Positions 48,219 to 61,967 of a DNA stretch of 64,000 bases are shown here, one piece after another (within the stretch, counting starts at the first letter, position 1; each line of letters starts with the position of its first letter). The position numbers were made by a program, and so were the translations under genes. Below the pieces are notes generated by a model. That model saw nothing but the letters and a program-made list of their open reading frames with translations. It was not told the DNA's origin and searched no databases. The stretch lies in assembly GCA_965240325.2 (NCBI GenBank), contig OZ251234.1, positions 1,178,001-1,242,000 on the forward strand, in the 5' to 3' direction. Origin of the DNA: Rebecca billardiae RCC1528 (Eukaryota; Protista; Haptophyta).

Positions 48219-49183
48219 GCCAACGGCGGAACAAGCCCAGGGACTAGTCCGCGACTACTGTAATCGCGCCGCCGACTGAGTGAGTCGCCGTCGGCTCGCA
48301 TGCGAATCGGCCGACTCGCGTCATGGACATGATCCGACCGGATGATTCCAGCGGTGTACAGGCCGCTGTTTGACTTGCCAGACGCGGGTTGGAGTCTGCT
48401 CAGGTCCTCCACGGCGCTTGCAGTAGTACCACGTGTACACAGTGCCATGCTTGATGCTGCATGCACCTGAGTGGCAGGAGTGTCTGAGGCCGCCCGACAG
48501 AGTCAGACTCGCCACAGACGGGCCCGTGCGTCCCGGACGCACGGCGATGGGGATGGCCGAAAACAAAAAACTAAAAAGCCGTGTCCAGCGCGAGCCGCGA
48601 GGAGGAAAATTCGATCGGTGTCCCCGGATCGTGGGCACGCGCCACGCCGAACAGAGCGGTCCAAGCCCGAGAAACTGCCGCTGGAGGGCCAGTCGAGGGC
48701 CGGGCCGGGGCGGGTCGGCCCGGCTCCCTCGGACACTCTGTGCCATCCGTGCTACTAATGCGACAGTGGCTGTGCCACACGGGCGTTGTTCGCCGTGAGC
48801 GCGCTCGTCACGAGCGGCTGTTGCGGCGGGGTATTCCAGAACCAGAAGCAGTCAGTTGGCGCGCGCGCGGCCCGGGGTCGGACGTCGCGGCCTGACGGCT
48901 GTGCTGAGCAGTCGTCATTCGTCATCAGTGGGGTGGGTCAGCTCGACTCTCGAAGTCATCTGACGGAGGCGCTCACCCGCACTGGCGGGGAGGCGGGGGT
49001 TTCGGGGCGGCGCCCGCGCGCGGTGCCCAGGCGCGCGCCCGCACAGCGACTCAGCGCCCACGTCACAAGAGGCGGACCCTGGGCGCGGCGCGCAAACGCC
49101 GCGCATTGGCACGAGGGTCCGACTCCGTACGCCTCCGCTCGCGCTTGCGGTGCAGGGTGGAGGACGGGCGGGCGAGTCCGAGC

Positions 49184-49612
49184 TCAGAGCTGCATGGAGC
49201 CACGCAGCGTGTCCGAGAGGAGGAACGGTGGTGGCGCGACGAGCTTGGCCGTTTTGAAGTACTTCGAGAGGAGGGAGCGCGCAAACTTGACCGGAGTTCG
49301 GCGTGCGCGCGTGAACGTGGGGCCGGCGACGGGCTGGTGCGGCTCATTGGGCGTCTCGTCGGGCGGGAGCTGGCCGTTGACGGGCGCGTACAGGTTGAGC
49401 GTGCTGCTCGACGGCAGATCCCCCGCGTGCTCCACGGCGTGGGTGGACGCGGCGCTGATGCGCTGGCCATGTGAGTTGACTGTCGGCGCGCCCGCGACCG
49501 CGCCCTCCAAGCGGACGTCGGCTGGGGCGTCGGCGGTGGCCGGGCGGTGGTGGGTCGGCGGGGTGAGCGTGCAGACGGAGAAAAGAAGCGCGGCGTGGAC
49601 ACCACCCAGCAT
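49184..49612 (-). CDS. Hypothetical small protein with signal-peptide-like N-terminus
   Basis: ATG-initiated 142-aa ORF (MLGGVHAALLFSVC...) with gene-like composition. Confidence 0.35.
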   Translation of the reverse strand: MLGGVHAALLFSVCTLTPPTHHRPATADAPADVRLEGAVAGAPTVNSHGQRISAASTHAVEHAGDLPSSSTLNLYAPVNGQLPPDETPNEPHQPVAGPTFTRARRTPVKFARSLLSKYFKTAKLVAPPPFLLSDTLRGSMQL

Positions 49613-50285
49613 TCAGCGCGGCCTCGTGTGTGCGCGCGCTTGGTCGAACGGGATAAAGAGGGCGGGCGGCCCGGAGCGTCGAGAAGCGCTGATTGATCCG
49701 TCTGGTCCCGAGCCCCCGGAGCGCGCTTGATTAGCACGTGAGCGCTTCGTGAAGGGTTGGCCCGCCGTCCCTCCACTCTCAACTCGGAGGCCGTGAACCG
49801 TCACGGCACGGACGATCGAAAGCCGAAACAGCCGAAGATTGGACTCAATTGACGAGATTCTTGGCATCTCGCGAGCATCTCCGAGCATCGAATTATGCAG
49901 CGCTGAGCGGCAGACTAGTTGAAAAATACCGACATAGACGAATCCGGGCGGTCGGAAGCGGCGGAGGCCGCACCTCCATCAATCCGGCCCGAGCAGGAAT
50001 CCGAGAGGCCGGCCGAAAAAGCCCGCGAAAACTGCGCGATCCGTCGATAAACTCATCAGGGCGCATTCAGGCGCGATTCGCAGAAGCTTGCGGCAGGACG
50101 GCCGGCCAGCCCCGCCCGCGCGCTGCACGCATGCACGCCTCGTCGCGCCAGCGGCACGCGCCACGCCAGGCGCCATTGGCAGAGCTCGCGCGCGCCGCGC
50201 AGCCGCACTCGCCAGCGCGTGCAGCAGCCGCCTCCCACCGCGGCAGCGCGCTCGAGCGCGTCCCGACCTCGGGGGCGGCGGCGCG

Positions 50286-52842
50286 TCACTCGGCGTCCGC
50301 CGTCGCGCCCGCCTCGCGCGCGATCTTGAGGAAGACCTCCTCGAGCGAGGTCTGCCGGAGCCCCCAGTCCACGATCCCCGTCCCCTCGGGCCGCGCCTCG
50401 AAGCGCTCGAACACCTCCGAGAGCCGCACGTCGCTGCGGCGCGCGCTGTAGGTGCGCGCGCTCGCCGACGCGACGAGAAGCTCCGAGTGAGGCAGCACCT
50501 CGCGGACGAAGGCGTCGGTCGCGGCGGCGGCGTCGGCGCGGTGCGCGACGTCCACCTTCACAAAGTCGCCGAACTTGTTCTTCAGGTGCACCGTCGTGCC
50601 CAGGCAGCGCAGCTCGCCGTTCGCCATGATGCCGATCCGGCCGCACAGCGCTGTGGCCGAGCCGCAAGCGCGCGGCCGACGCGAGCGCGGAGCGAGCGTG
50701 CGCGGCGGGCGGCGAAGGGGCGTGAGCGCAAGCGGGCGCGGGCTGCGCCATGCGCTCTGCGCGTGTGCGCGTGCGCTCGTGCGCACGCCCTCCGCCCACG
50801 CCCGCGCGCGCACGCGGCCGCAGGCCAGCCGCACCGTCCGCCTCATCCATCGAGTGCGTGGTCAGCACGATTACTCGCCCGGCCTTGGAATTGTCGATGA
50901 GCGCCCACATCAGCCGGCGGGTCTCGGGGTCGAGGCCGGTGGTCGGCTCGTCGAGGAAGACCACCGCGGGGTCGCCCACCAGCGCGATCCCCAGGCTGAC
51001 GCGCCGCTTCTGACCGCCTGACAGCGTCTGCACGCGCGCATCCAGCTTAGCGCGCAGTCCGACTGCGGCCGCGGCCGACTCGGCCGCCGCGCGCTCTGTG
51101 CGCACGGGGGTGCCCTTCAGCCGGCAGTAGAAGAGCATGTGCTCCCGGACTGCGCACGCGCGCGCGCGGTGCGGAGGAGAGGGCGAGCGCGCGGCGCGGC
51201 GCGACACACCGGTGTCGGTGGCGCTGTCGGTGCCCCCGCCCTTTGCGCGCGCCGATCCGCGCGTGCACGCGCGCGTGCGCGCCGCGCGCAGGGCCGCAGC
51301 CGGCGCGCGCGGCGCGCGGCGCGCCGGCGGCGCGCGCGCGGTGCGCGCACCGGTGAGCTCGGGCCAGAGGATGTCGAACTGCGGGCACACGCCCATCCGC
51401 CGATGGATCGCGTCCATCCCGTCCAGGATCGAGTGCCCCAGCACGCGCGCCGAGCCGGAGCTCGGCCGGAAAAGTCCGGTGAGCACGGAGATGGTCGTGG
51501 ACTTGCCCGCGCCGTTCGGACCGAGCAGGCCGAAGCATTCGTTCGTCTCGATCTGAGGGAGGGGAAGGGCGGTGCGCGGATGCGCAGAGAGGGAGGGGCG
51601 GCGGGGCTGGCTCTCTCGTGAGCGAGCAGGCCGGCGCGTGACGACTGCGCATCGCCCGCTCTGCACCGCGCCGCGCGCGCGCGCGCACGCATGCGCGCGG
51701 CCGGCCGCGCGCGCCCTGCGTCACGCGGCCGGCCGCGCGCGCTCGGCGCCGCGCGGCCGGCCGGTGCGCACCTTGAACGCGAGGTTCTTCACCGCGACCT
51801 TTCCACCTGCGTACACCTTGCGCAGCGAGAAGACCTGCACGGGCGCGCCTTGCGCATACTCGCCGCGCTCCAGCGCGCCGCGCTCGGCTGACACGTCGTC
51901 ATCCTCCTGCAGGGGGCGTGGCAGGGCGCGGGGCCGGGCGCGGGCGGGCAAGGCCCAGGGGCGCGGGCCGGGGGCGGAGGCGCAGGCGGGGGCGCGGGAC
52001 GGCGGCGGCGCGCACGGGGTGGCGAGAGAGAGCGTGGGATGCGCGGCGGCGTGGAGCGCGCGGTGAGCAGCGCGCGCGCACGGCCAGCGCGCACGCAGCC
52101 CCGCCCCAGCTCCTTGCCCGCGCCCCTCAGCAGCCCGGCGCCCTTCCGCCGCCTCGCGCGAACCCGTGCGCTCGCGCGCCCCCAGGCCGCGCGCGCCGCC
52201 GCCACCGCGCCGCCGCGCGCGCTGCGCTGCCCGGGCAGCGAGGCCGCACCCACCGTAAGAGGCACGTGCTCGCGCGTGAGGCGGTCCGAGTCGGCAATGT
52301 GCCCAGGTGAGACAAGCTGGGCGAGGGTGGAGCGGCGCGCGTCGCCCGCCGCGCCGCCGCCGCCGAGCGGGCTGATGTCGCCGCCGCCGCGCCGCGCGCG
52401 TGGCACGCACCGCGCCAGCAGCCGACGGCAGCCGCTGCGCGTGCGAACGGCGTGGCCAACAGCGAGCCAGCAGCCGAGCGCGCGCGCGAGCAGCCCGCGC
52501 GCCGGCCGGCGGTGCTGCGCCGACGCGGCGTCGTCGTCGTCGGCGCCGCCGCCGGCTGCACCCGCCGCGTGCGCCCCCTCGCCCTCCTCCGCGCCCACGC
52601 CGCAGCAGAACAGCGGGTGCTTCGCCAGCCCGTGCTCGGCAGGCAACACCGCGTCAAGCCACAGCGCGAGCGGGTGCATCCACGCCGCGTGCGCAAGCAG
52701 CAGGCACATCGCGGGAAGCATCGGCTGGCTCGGGTCGAGCGCCATCCGGACCGACCAGCCTTTCGCCGACGCGAGGAAAAGGCAGTGGTACGCCGCAAAC
52801 GGCGGGTACAGATCGAGCCACCAGGGCCAGTGCTCGGCGGAC

Positions 52843-52873
<31 letters not shown>

Positions 52874-55800
52874 TGCCGTCCGCTCGCTGCCATAGGGCCA
52901 GGGCGAGCACCGCGCTGAGGACGAGGAGAAGCGAGAGCGCGAGCGCGGCGGTGCGCGCGCGCGTGAAGCACGCCGACCCGAGGAATGCAAGCGCGACGCA
53001 CGCCTGCGCCCACAGCTGCAGCACGAGCAGCAGCGCGGCTGCCGAGCGTGTGAAGTAGCGCAGCCGCGCCGCGCACCCCGCCGCCCACAGAAGCGCCGCC
53101 GCGCTGTGGCTGAGCAGCGAGTCGCTTGCCCACTGCGACACCCAGTACGCGCCGCGCGGGAGGCCCATCATCCGCATCAGCGCGCGCAGCCGCAGGTGCT
53201 TCTCGTGCACCAGCGAGTGCGCGAGAGTCGGGACGAGCAGCGAGCACGCCGGCGGCAGCCCGAGAAGCAGCAGCAGCGTCAGGAGGCGCTTCCAGCCGCG
53301 GAGCAGCGCCGACGGCGGGAGCCCGAGGAAGGCGCCCGAGGTGGAGTCGACGGCGAGCGTCTTGGCGGGGCGCAGCGCGCGCAAGCCCACCTTCACCGCG
53401 TCGCGCGCGCTCGGCCGCCCCGCCGCCGCGCCACTGTGCGCGAGCAGCGCGTTGGTGAAGCCGTTACTCAGCAGCAGCGGCACGAGCGCCGCCAGCCCAA
53501 GCCTGCGCGCGCCGCTGTCCGCGCGGTCGGGGGCCAGCTTGAGCGGCCTGCGCAGCTGCGTCTGCCGCACCCACGTGGTGTCCGCGCCCGGCGGGAGAGA
53601 GGCGGGCAGGGGCTCGGTGACGTAGAACCTGCGTGCGTGCGCGCGCGTGATTGGGTCCGGGGCGGCGCGCGCGCGCGCGTGCGCAGCCGCAGTCGTCGTC
53701 GGCGGCGTCGGCGGCGGCGTCGGCGGCGTCGGCGGCGGCGTCGGCGGCGGCGGCGGCCGCGTCGGCGGCGGCGTCGTCAATGGTGGCGCGGTGTGTGCGT
53801 GGGGGCGCAACGAGGTCGTGTGGTGGCGCGGGGGCGGATCGAGCGGGTGAGCACGCGCGCCCGACCGGCGCGCGCGCGGGGGTACCGCGCGCAACGCCGG
53901 CGGCGTGCCGTCCCAAGCCGCGCCGCCGCCCGCGCACCCGTCTCGGCGCGCACGCGAGCGCGCACGCCGCGCCGCACGCGCACGCCGCGCACGCGCGCTC
54001 GCCGCGCCACACGCGCACGCGCGCACGCGCACGCACGCGCACGCATGCGCGCACGCCGCGCCACGCGCGCCCGCGCGCACGCGCGCACGCGCACGCATGC
54101 GCGCACCACTGGTCACGCCCTCGGCCGCGTAGGCTCCAGAAGGACGAGAGCACCCAGTCGAGCGTGCCCGAGTCCGGCTCGAGCCGCTCCACCCGGACCG
54201 ACCACGAGGGGAACAGCTGCTCCGCGAGGTTGAGCGCCGAACGCCACGGCGGATCAAGAGTGTCGCTCAGCGCAGCGCGCGAGGCATACGCGCCCGCTCT
54301 GATCGCAGACTGCTCGCGGAGCTGATGCGCGTCGAGGGCGGCCATGCTGGCCCAGCCCGACGGGCCGTACGCCGGCACCACGAACGCGTCGTAGCGCACG
54401 CAGCGCGCGCGCTCGCAGCGCCACGCGCGCGCGGACGGCTCATGCCGAGCGCCGCCGCCGCTGAGCTGCACGCCGCGCCACGCGGCGAGCTGCGCGCAGG
54501 AGGCGCCGGCGGGCGGCGGGCGCGGCGCGCCAGGCGGCAGCGGCAGCGCGCGCGTGGCCGCGGCGTCCGCCGCCGCCTCGTGGCACACCGGCGGCGCGCC
54601 GTCCACGCACGCGGCCTCGTCCCCGTACAGGTCGGCGCCCGCGCCCTCGGCGAGATTATAGCTCTCGCCCGCGCGCAGCTCCATCGTCGACGCTTCGAGG
54701 AAGAGCTGGCTCATGTCCCAGCCCCACTCCTGCATCAGAAAATGGAGCAGGCCCTCCTGCGTCGGCGGGTAGCGGTGCGGGCACCGCCCGGTGCCCGCCG
54801 CGCCGCACAGCTGCACCCGACGGTCGGGCGCGGAGCCCGAGACCAGCACGAGGGCGTAGCAGCACGCGATAGACGAGGCGGCGACATCGCACTCGCTCGT
54901 CGCCTCGCCGCCGCCCCTGTCCGCGTACGAGGTGCGGCCGAACGAGCGCGGGAAGGAACCGAGCAGCCCGCTGGCGCGCACGCGCGCTCGCACCGCCGCC
55001 AGATCGGCCGGCAACTCGGTCGCCGCCGCCGCCCCCTCGCCGCCCGACGGGTTGGCCTCGCCTGCGGCCCCGGCCGCGAGCCCGGCGGCGCCGGCCGCGC
55101 GCGCCGCCGCGCCCTGCGCACCCGCCCGCTCTGCGCCGGCCCCGGGCCCCTCCTCCTCCTCCTCCTCTGCGTCCTGCGCGGGGCCGTACATCGCCAGCCC
55201 AAACGGCGAGTGGTCGAAGGACCCCACGAACGTCGAGGTCACGAACTGGCTGCCGCCGCCCGCCTCCGCGTCCGCACCCGTAGCATCCGCACCCGCCGCC
55301 GCGCCCGCGCCCGCGCCCTCCAGTCCCGCCGGCGCGGCGAACACACCGCCGAGCGCGGAGCGCACCGCCTCCGTGGCGCCGAACACTGGCACGCGCCAGC
55401 CCAGCCAGGACTCGGAGTCCGGGGACTGCTCGTGCTGGCTCAGCAGCGCGCGCTCGAGCGTCATCGGCCCGCGGCCGGATGGCACCCACTGCACGGCGCC
55501 CACACTGAGCCCGCCGCCGCGCAGCGAGCGCGCGGCGGCGCACACCGCCGTCTCGTCGACGAGCGCCTGGAGCGCGTCCGAGCGCCGCTCCGACCCGCGG
55601 CTCGACGCGCGCACGCGGCACTGGCAGTACGCCGGAGGCGGCGCGCCGCCGGCGCGCGCCGGCCCGTCGCACTCGGCGCCGAAATCGATCAGATCCTCTC
55701 CCAAGGCCTCGTCCGCGCCGTCGGCCTCGCCGCCCGCGCCCTCGCCGGCCGCGCCCTCGCCGCCCGCGCCCTCGCCGCCCTCGGCGACGTCGCCTGCGGC

Positions 55801-58800
55801 GCCGTCGGCCTCGGCGCCAGCCTCGGCCTCGGCGGCGCCGTCCCCGCCGCCGCCCGCCTCCGCGGCGGCGCGAGCGCTCGGCGGGCGCGTGGTCAGACAC
55901 TGGTTCGCGCGCGAGGGCTTCAGCAGCGGGTTGTGCGGTCCGAGGCCTGAGCCGCGGAGGCACGCGTCTTCAAACGCGTTGTCGCGCGCGCAGCATGTCT
56001 CGACATAGTCCTTGCTCGCGCCCGCGCAGAAGAGGCAGCCCTCCGCCGCGCCGAGCGAGGTGCGGTTCGCGCACGCGTCGTCGAACACGCGGCCGACGCG
56101 CGCGCACGCGCCGTCGAGATGCACTCGCATCTGCGCCTCGTCCGCGGCGAGCTGCGCCTGCGTCGAGTCGACGAGCCGACGCTGCACGAGCAGCGCGCCG
56201 AGGACGACGAGCAGCGGCGCGCTGAGGTTGCACCCCACGCCGCAGCGCTGCCGGCTCAGCAGGGCGAGGTTCTTGCGCAGCGTCGCGCGCAGCGGCCGCG
56301 GCACGCGCTCCGCGGCCGCGCGAGCGGGCGCGGGCGGCGGCGGCGGCTCAGCGACGGGCGGCGCGGCGAGGCCGCCCTCGAGATCGGCGGCGGCCGCCGC
56401 GGCGGCGGCGGCGTCCGCGCCGTGTTCCACCCCGCCCTCGCCGCCGCCCGCCCCCGCGCCCTCCGCGCCGCCCGCGCCCCCGCTCCCGTCGGCAGGCTGG
56501 TCCCGGCGGCCATGCTGATCGGCCGCGCCCGCCTGCGCCAGCCGCAGGAAGACCTCCTCGAGCGTCGAGTGCGAGAGCAGCCAGTCGCGCAGCCTCACGT
56601 CCTCGCCCTCCGACACCGCGGCGGCGGCGGCGGCGTGCGCGCCGTCCACGCCGCGCGCAGGCGAGCCGGCCGCGCCGGCCGGCGCGCCGGCCCCGCCGGC
56701 CGCGGCGTGGCCGGGCTCTTCGCCGCGCGCGTCGGCGGGCCTCGCGCGCGGCGAGGCGGGTTGCGACGCGGATCGCGACGCGGCGCGCGACGCGGCGCGC
56801 GAGCGCTCCGCCGCCATCGCCTCCGCCGCCGCGACCGCCTCGGCGCGCGACGCGGCGTGCCGCTGCTCGATCCACTGGAGCAGCGGCGCGCACGCCGCCA
56901 TGGCCGACTGCTCGATCGCGAAGGTGCATGAGCCGGCGGAGGAGGAGACGAGGGCGGCGGCGGGCAGGAGCGCGCGCACGCGGCGCACGAGTGCTGGGAC
57001 GTCCGCCGCGCGCGTGACCAGCCTGAGCGCATACCCGCTGCCGAAGCGCCGCTTCAGCTGCACGGCCGAGCCGAGCGCGACGAGCTGCCCGCGCGCCATC
57101 ACGCCGATCGTGTTCCCGAGCGCGTCCGCCTCCTCCATCGAGTGCGTGGTGAGCAGCGTCGTGCGCTCGTGCCGCTGAGACTCGACCATGCCCCACACGA
57201 ATTTGCGAGTATAAGGGTCCAGTCCCGTGGTCGGCTCGTCGAGCACGATCAGCCGCGGCGCGCCCACGTACGCGAGCGCGACGGACAGCCTGCGGCGCAT
57301 GCCGCCGCTCAGCTTGCACGCCTCGCGGCCCCGGACCTCCGACAGCCGGACTGCCTCGAGCAGCCGCGGGAGCTGCGCCTCGAGCGCTGAGGCGGACACG
57401 CCCTTGAGGCGCGCAAACAGCCGCACGTGCTCTTCGACGCTCAGCGCGGAGAAGACGCAGTCGTGCTGCGGGCACACGCCGAGCATCGCGCGGACGGCGC
57501 CGAGGTCGCGCGTCACGCTGCACCCGTAGACGACGCAGTCGCCCGCGCTCGGCGCCACCTGCCCGACGAGCATGCCGATGGTTGTGGACTTGCCCGCGCC
57601 GTTGTGCCCGAGGAGCGCAAAGATCTCGCCCTCGGCGAGCGAGACACTCAGCCCGCACACCGCCGCCGTCCGCCCGTACCACTTGCGCAGCGCGACGAGC
57701 GAGACGCGGTGCGAGGGCGGCGCGGCGCGCGTGAGCACGCGCACCGCCTCCGCGCGCACGTCCACGTCCAGAGAGCCGAGCTCGGGCATGGCGTCGTGAG
57801 CGCCGCCGCCGAGCAGCGGCGCGCACGCGAGGCGCAGCGGGCGCGGGAGCAGGCCGGCGCAAGGCGCGCCGCGCCCGCTCGGCCCGCCGCCGCTCGGGCC
57901 GCGCCCGCCCGCCGCGTCCGCCGCCGCGTCCGCCGCCACGGTCGCCGCCGCCGCCGCCGTCGCCTCCGCCTGCAGCGCGCCCAGCAGGCGCTCGTTGCCG
58001 CGCGGCCGCGCGCCGCGCAGCCAGTACGAGGGTAGAAGCGGGAAGAGTGGCGGCTGCGCGCGGCCGTCCGCGCCGCGCGCGCACACCTGCGCCGCGTACC
58101 ACGCGAGCACCGCGCCGAGCGCCACGCTCGCGCCCATGCAGCCGAGCGCATGCGCGAGGGGAGGCGGCGAGTAGTCGTCCACATCCGCCCGAGTGGCCTC
58201 CTCCGCCGCCGCCGCCGCCGCCGCCGCGTCGTCCGCGCCGCCCGCGCCGCCCGCCCCGCCGAGGTCAAAGGCAAAGTTGGAAGCGGTGGCGTTGGCGTCG
58301 TACAGCTCGGCGAGGCCGAACGAGCCGCCGGCCGCCCACACCGGCAGCTTGGTCTCGTTGTCCACGCCGCGCACCGGCGCCGTCCGCTTGGCGATCGCGT
58401 TCGTGAGGCGCACCAACGGCAGCGGTGGGTACAGCCGCTGCGCCCACGTCGCGAGCCGGCCGGGTGGCCCCGGCATGAGGGACGGGTCGTAGAGCAGGTC
58501 GAGCAGCATGGGGATCGAGGCGGCGATGAGCGCGACGAGCATCGCGAGCACGAGCATCGCGCCGCCCAGCGCGTGCGCGCTCTTCGTCCGCGTGAGCACC
58601 GCCGCGAGCGCGCACGCGCCCGCCGCGCTGGCCGTGCCGTACAGCCAAAAGGTTCCGAGGAGAACGCGCGCGTCCGTGAGCGCGAAGAACGGGAGGCCGC
58701 ACGCGGTGCCGGCGCCGAGGGTGAGCACACTGGCGAGCAGGACGAGCGCCGCGGCCTGCGCCAGCGCGGACGCCCAGTACGCCGCCTCGTGCATCCCGAT

Positions 58801-60147
58801 CTGCCGCATCGCCCCCAGCAGCCCCTTCTCCTTCTCAGCCACGATCGAGTGCAGGCAGTGCAGCGCAGGCAGCAGCAGCCCAACCGCGAGCGCGGGCGCG
58901 CCGTACGAGCCGACGACGTCGACAAAGTCGCGGCGCACGACGCGCGGGTACGAGCGGTACCGCACGCGCGAGCGCGGCCGCTCGGCGCCCTCGCCGCCGC
59001 CGCCCGCCGCCGCTCCGCCCGCCGCCGCTCCGCCCGCCGCCGCCGCCCTGGTCTCGAGGATGGCTGCGTCGAGCACCGCCTGCGCTACGGGCAGCAGCTG
59101 CGGAGGCTCGCGGTGCGAGGTGAGCACGTCGTCGCCGTTCTGGCGGTACCACGCCGTCGCGCTCTCGTTGTACCACAGCTCGTACCCGAACGTCGGCGGC
59201 ATCGCCGGGCCGTCCGGCACGTCCTCGGGCGCCGACTCGATCGCATCCGCCGCGCCGAGGCTCTCGACGACCGCGGCCGCGCGCACCGCCGCCGCCGTGT
59301 CCACAAACGCGACGGCGACGGCGGCGCGCCCGCGGTTGTGCGCGAGCCACGCGCGCATGCTGATCGAGCTGCGGAAGCCGAGCACGCACGACCCCGACGC
59401 GCACACGGCCGACGCGTCCACCGCTTGCTCGCCCTCCGCGCTCGCGCCCGCGCCCTCGACGTCCACCGCCGCGAGCTCCCACCCGCGCAGCCGCGCGGCG
59501 GCGCGCATGATCGACAGCGCCTCGGCGTTGCCGGCGGGCGCGAAGACGAGCGGGGCGCACCACGCCCCCGGGATCGGCACGCCCTCGCCGTACTCGCCCG
59601 ACTCAGAGTCGAACACGCGGCAGTGCAGCGGCGAGCTCGGCTCGACCGTCAGAAATGGCGCGGGCGACGGCTCGGTCTCGGCGGGCACGTTGAGGCGAGC
59701 GTCGAGCGCGCAGAGGAGGAGGACGAGCGCGACGGGTGCGATCACCTGCATCGCCGCCATCCGCCCGCCGCGGCGCAGCAGCAGCCCGTTCTTCACCGCG
59801 AGCGCGCCCACCTGCCGCACGAGCGCCGAGCACTCAGCGAGCGCGCTCCGCCGCCCAAACACTCGCGAGCGCGCGGGCGGCGGCGAGCGCGCGACCTGCG
59901 CGTCGCTCGCGCTCGGTGGGCGCTCCGCCAGCTCGATCAGCTCGTCCGTCTCCGCGCCGGGGAGCCGGCGCGGCGCGTTGGCGCGCCATGCCAGCGCCTC
60001 CCGCGCTGGCGGCAGGGGCTCCAACATCGCGTCGAGGTGTCGTACGATGCTGGTCGTAGTGGACGCGCGCCTCGATCGAAATAGCATGGCCGAAAGCCGA
60101 TTTTCCAGTAGCATTGTCCGGCCACCCGGACGCACGGACCACAGCAT
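50286..60147 (-). CDS. Full-size ABCA-subfamily ABC transporter; introns 53629-54106, 51907-~52094, 51553-51771, 51150-51350, 50651-50834
   Basis: Two NBDs (GHNGAGKST/LSGGMRRRL/LDEPTTGLDP/TTHSMEEAD and GPNGAGKST/LSGGQKRRV/LDEPTTGLDP/TTHSMDEAD), VCPQ Q-loops, IVAEKE and LVHEK ABCA motifs, two TLEEVFL/SLEEVFL motifs. The donor of the second intron is uncertain. Confidence 0.93.
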
Positions 60148-60499
60148 GAGCAAGCAATGACACGCCCACGCTCACGCGGCACGCCCCTCCTCTTGGTTGG
60201 GGCGCTCCGACCCACCGCCTGGGGTGGCACGGCAGGCGTCACCGCGTCAGAGGCTCCGAAGATATCAGATTCAGACGATTCGTCCGAGGCCCGCGAAGGC
60301 GCCAGCGGGCTCGCGGGTCGGTGGGCCCGCCGGTCCAACGGCCTGTGAACCCGGGCGGGCCGGCGCCGGCATCCGCGAAGGCGCGAAGTCGAACGCCGCA
60401 ACGCGCCACGCGGCGTGAACGGCACTCCCGCCGCCTCCCGGACGCCGGCGTCGGTAACGGCCAAGCGGGCAATATATACGTCCTTCGACGGCCTCAGCC

Positions 60500-61388
60500 T
60501 CAGGGAAGCCCGGGACCAGCCGTCCAGGGCAGCAGCCTAGCCGGCCGCTTGGACTGGGTGGCCGAGGCTGCCGGCTGGCCAGAACAGCGCAGAAGTGGCA
60601 AGAATGAGCGCACATTGCCAGACCATCCGGGCGATCTCAGTAGTCTGAGCCACTGAGTCGCCCCGCCAGGCCATGAGGCTGTGACCGAGGCGGAGAGCTC
60701 GCTCCGCGGAGGGCCGTCCGCTGAGTAGCTGGACCAAATGGGGATACGGTCAAACGGCGTCGCACAAGACCGTCGAGCCGTCGAAGAGGAAGGCACGTGA
60801 GCAGCGAGTAAGGGCACGCAGCCAGCCGCCAGTGCGGACTGGCACCTGAGGTGTATTGTAAATAAATGTGTAGCGGGTGAGATCTCGCCGATGCCGCGTG
60901 TCGTGGTCGAGCACGGGCTGCGCCGTGCACCAGGCGAGGCATGCAGGCGTGCGTCATCGCCGGACGTGAAAGAAGCCCGCGCACGGCCCCGCCTTGCAGC
61001 GAAGGCCGCGGAGGAGGTGTGCGCCCCATGCGGCCACAATGGCTGCAGGGAGCACGCTCCGAGCGCACGTGACGAGGGCGAGCAGGAGCACGAGTGCACG
61101 CTGGATCCGCGGTGTATCAATGTGCAAGAATTTCGGCTGCACGTAGAGCGAGCCGAGTGCCGCGCCGGAGAGCAGCGCTGCGGGAGCGGGCACGGCGTTC
61201 GCGGCAGCGACAATGGCCGGCGTGACCGCTGCCGGTCCGACTGCGACCGCCGCAGCGGCGCGTGGCGCGGAGGTCACGATGAGAAGAGCAGCAGATGTGG
61301 CGGCAACGCGCACGGCGCGCGGCGGCGGGGCACGAGCCGGAGTGGGCGCTCCAGCCGCAGCCGTGACGAGTGCGAGCAGCGTGATCAT
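60500..61388 (-). CDS. Hypothetical protein with signal peptide; putative intron 60846-61068
   Basis: MITLLALVTAAAG start head-to-head with the GORAB-like gene. A GTGCGC...TCAG intron joins it in frame to the ORF ending at 60500. Confidence 0.35.
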
Positions 61389-61553
61389 CACGACCGTCGT
61401 GGATTCGAACCCACGCCAAACGGCGGCGGCTTGCCAGTTGCCGCGGCGGCGGCGGCGCAGTGCTTCCGTGAGTGGGAGAGTCTGTGGGATTTTTGCGGGT
61501 GGAAGTGGAATATTGTAATGCGAGAGGAAAAATCCGCCGCCGCCGGATGCAGC

Positions 61554-61967
61554 ATGGCGCACGATGAGGACGAGTCGGAGGCGCACAAGAAGCAGGTGGA
61601 TCTTCAGCAGCGGATCCGCGACCGCGCCGTGCGCGTCAAGCGGCAGCAGGAACGTCTTGAGCAGCTGAACGAGCAGCTTGAGCACCTCGAGGGCCCGCAG
61701 CGGCACACGATCGAGCAGCTGCGCGAGGAGATCGCCAAGGTGGACAAGGACCTCAACACGGCAAGACAAGACACCGTGGCAGCCAAGGCGAAGCTCGCCG
61801 AGAGTACCGAGGCCCTCGAGAAGAAGACGCAAGAGAAGCGCATCGCCTCAGACTCCCTCTACACCATGCTGCTCGACTCCGAGGAGGGGAAGATGGCGAA
61901 ACTCGGCGAGATGGAGAAGCGATTTGGTGAGCTGCGGTTAGTGCCCGGCCCAGGCGGGAAATCGTGA
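61554..61967 (+). CDS. RAB6-interacting golgin (GORAB)-like coiled-coil protein
   Basis: LEHLEGPQRHTIEQLREEIAKVD...EALEKKTQEK...LLDSEEGKMAKLGEMEK resembles the GORAB/DUF662 coiled coil. Confidence 0.7.
   Translation: MAHDEDESEAHKKQVDLQQRIRDRAVRVKRQQERLEQLNEQLEHLEGPQRHTIEQLREEIAKVDKDLNTARQDTVAAKAKLAESTEALEKKTQEKRIASDSLYTMLLDSEEGKMAKLGEMEKRFGELRLVPGPGGKS

Noticed and set aside
58508-60160. Long antisense ORFs opposite ABCA (likewise opposite P450, DPAGT1 and MFS)
   Set aside because: Mirror frames expected from strong GC3 bias; no independent motifs.
61398-61420. tRNA (minus strand GGCGTGGGTTCGAATCCAC, T-arm/B-box-like)
   Set aside because: No D-arm, anticodon arm or acceptor stem at the correct spacing.
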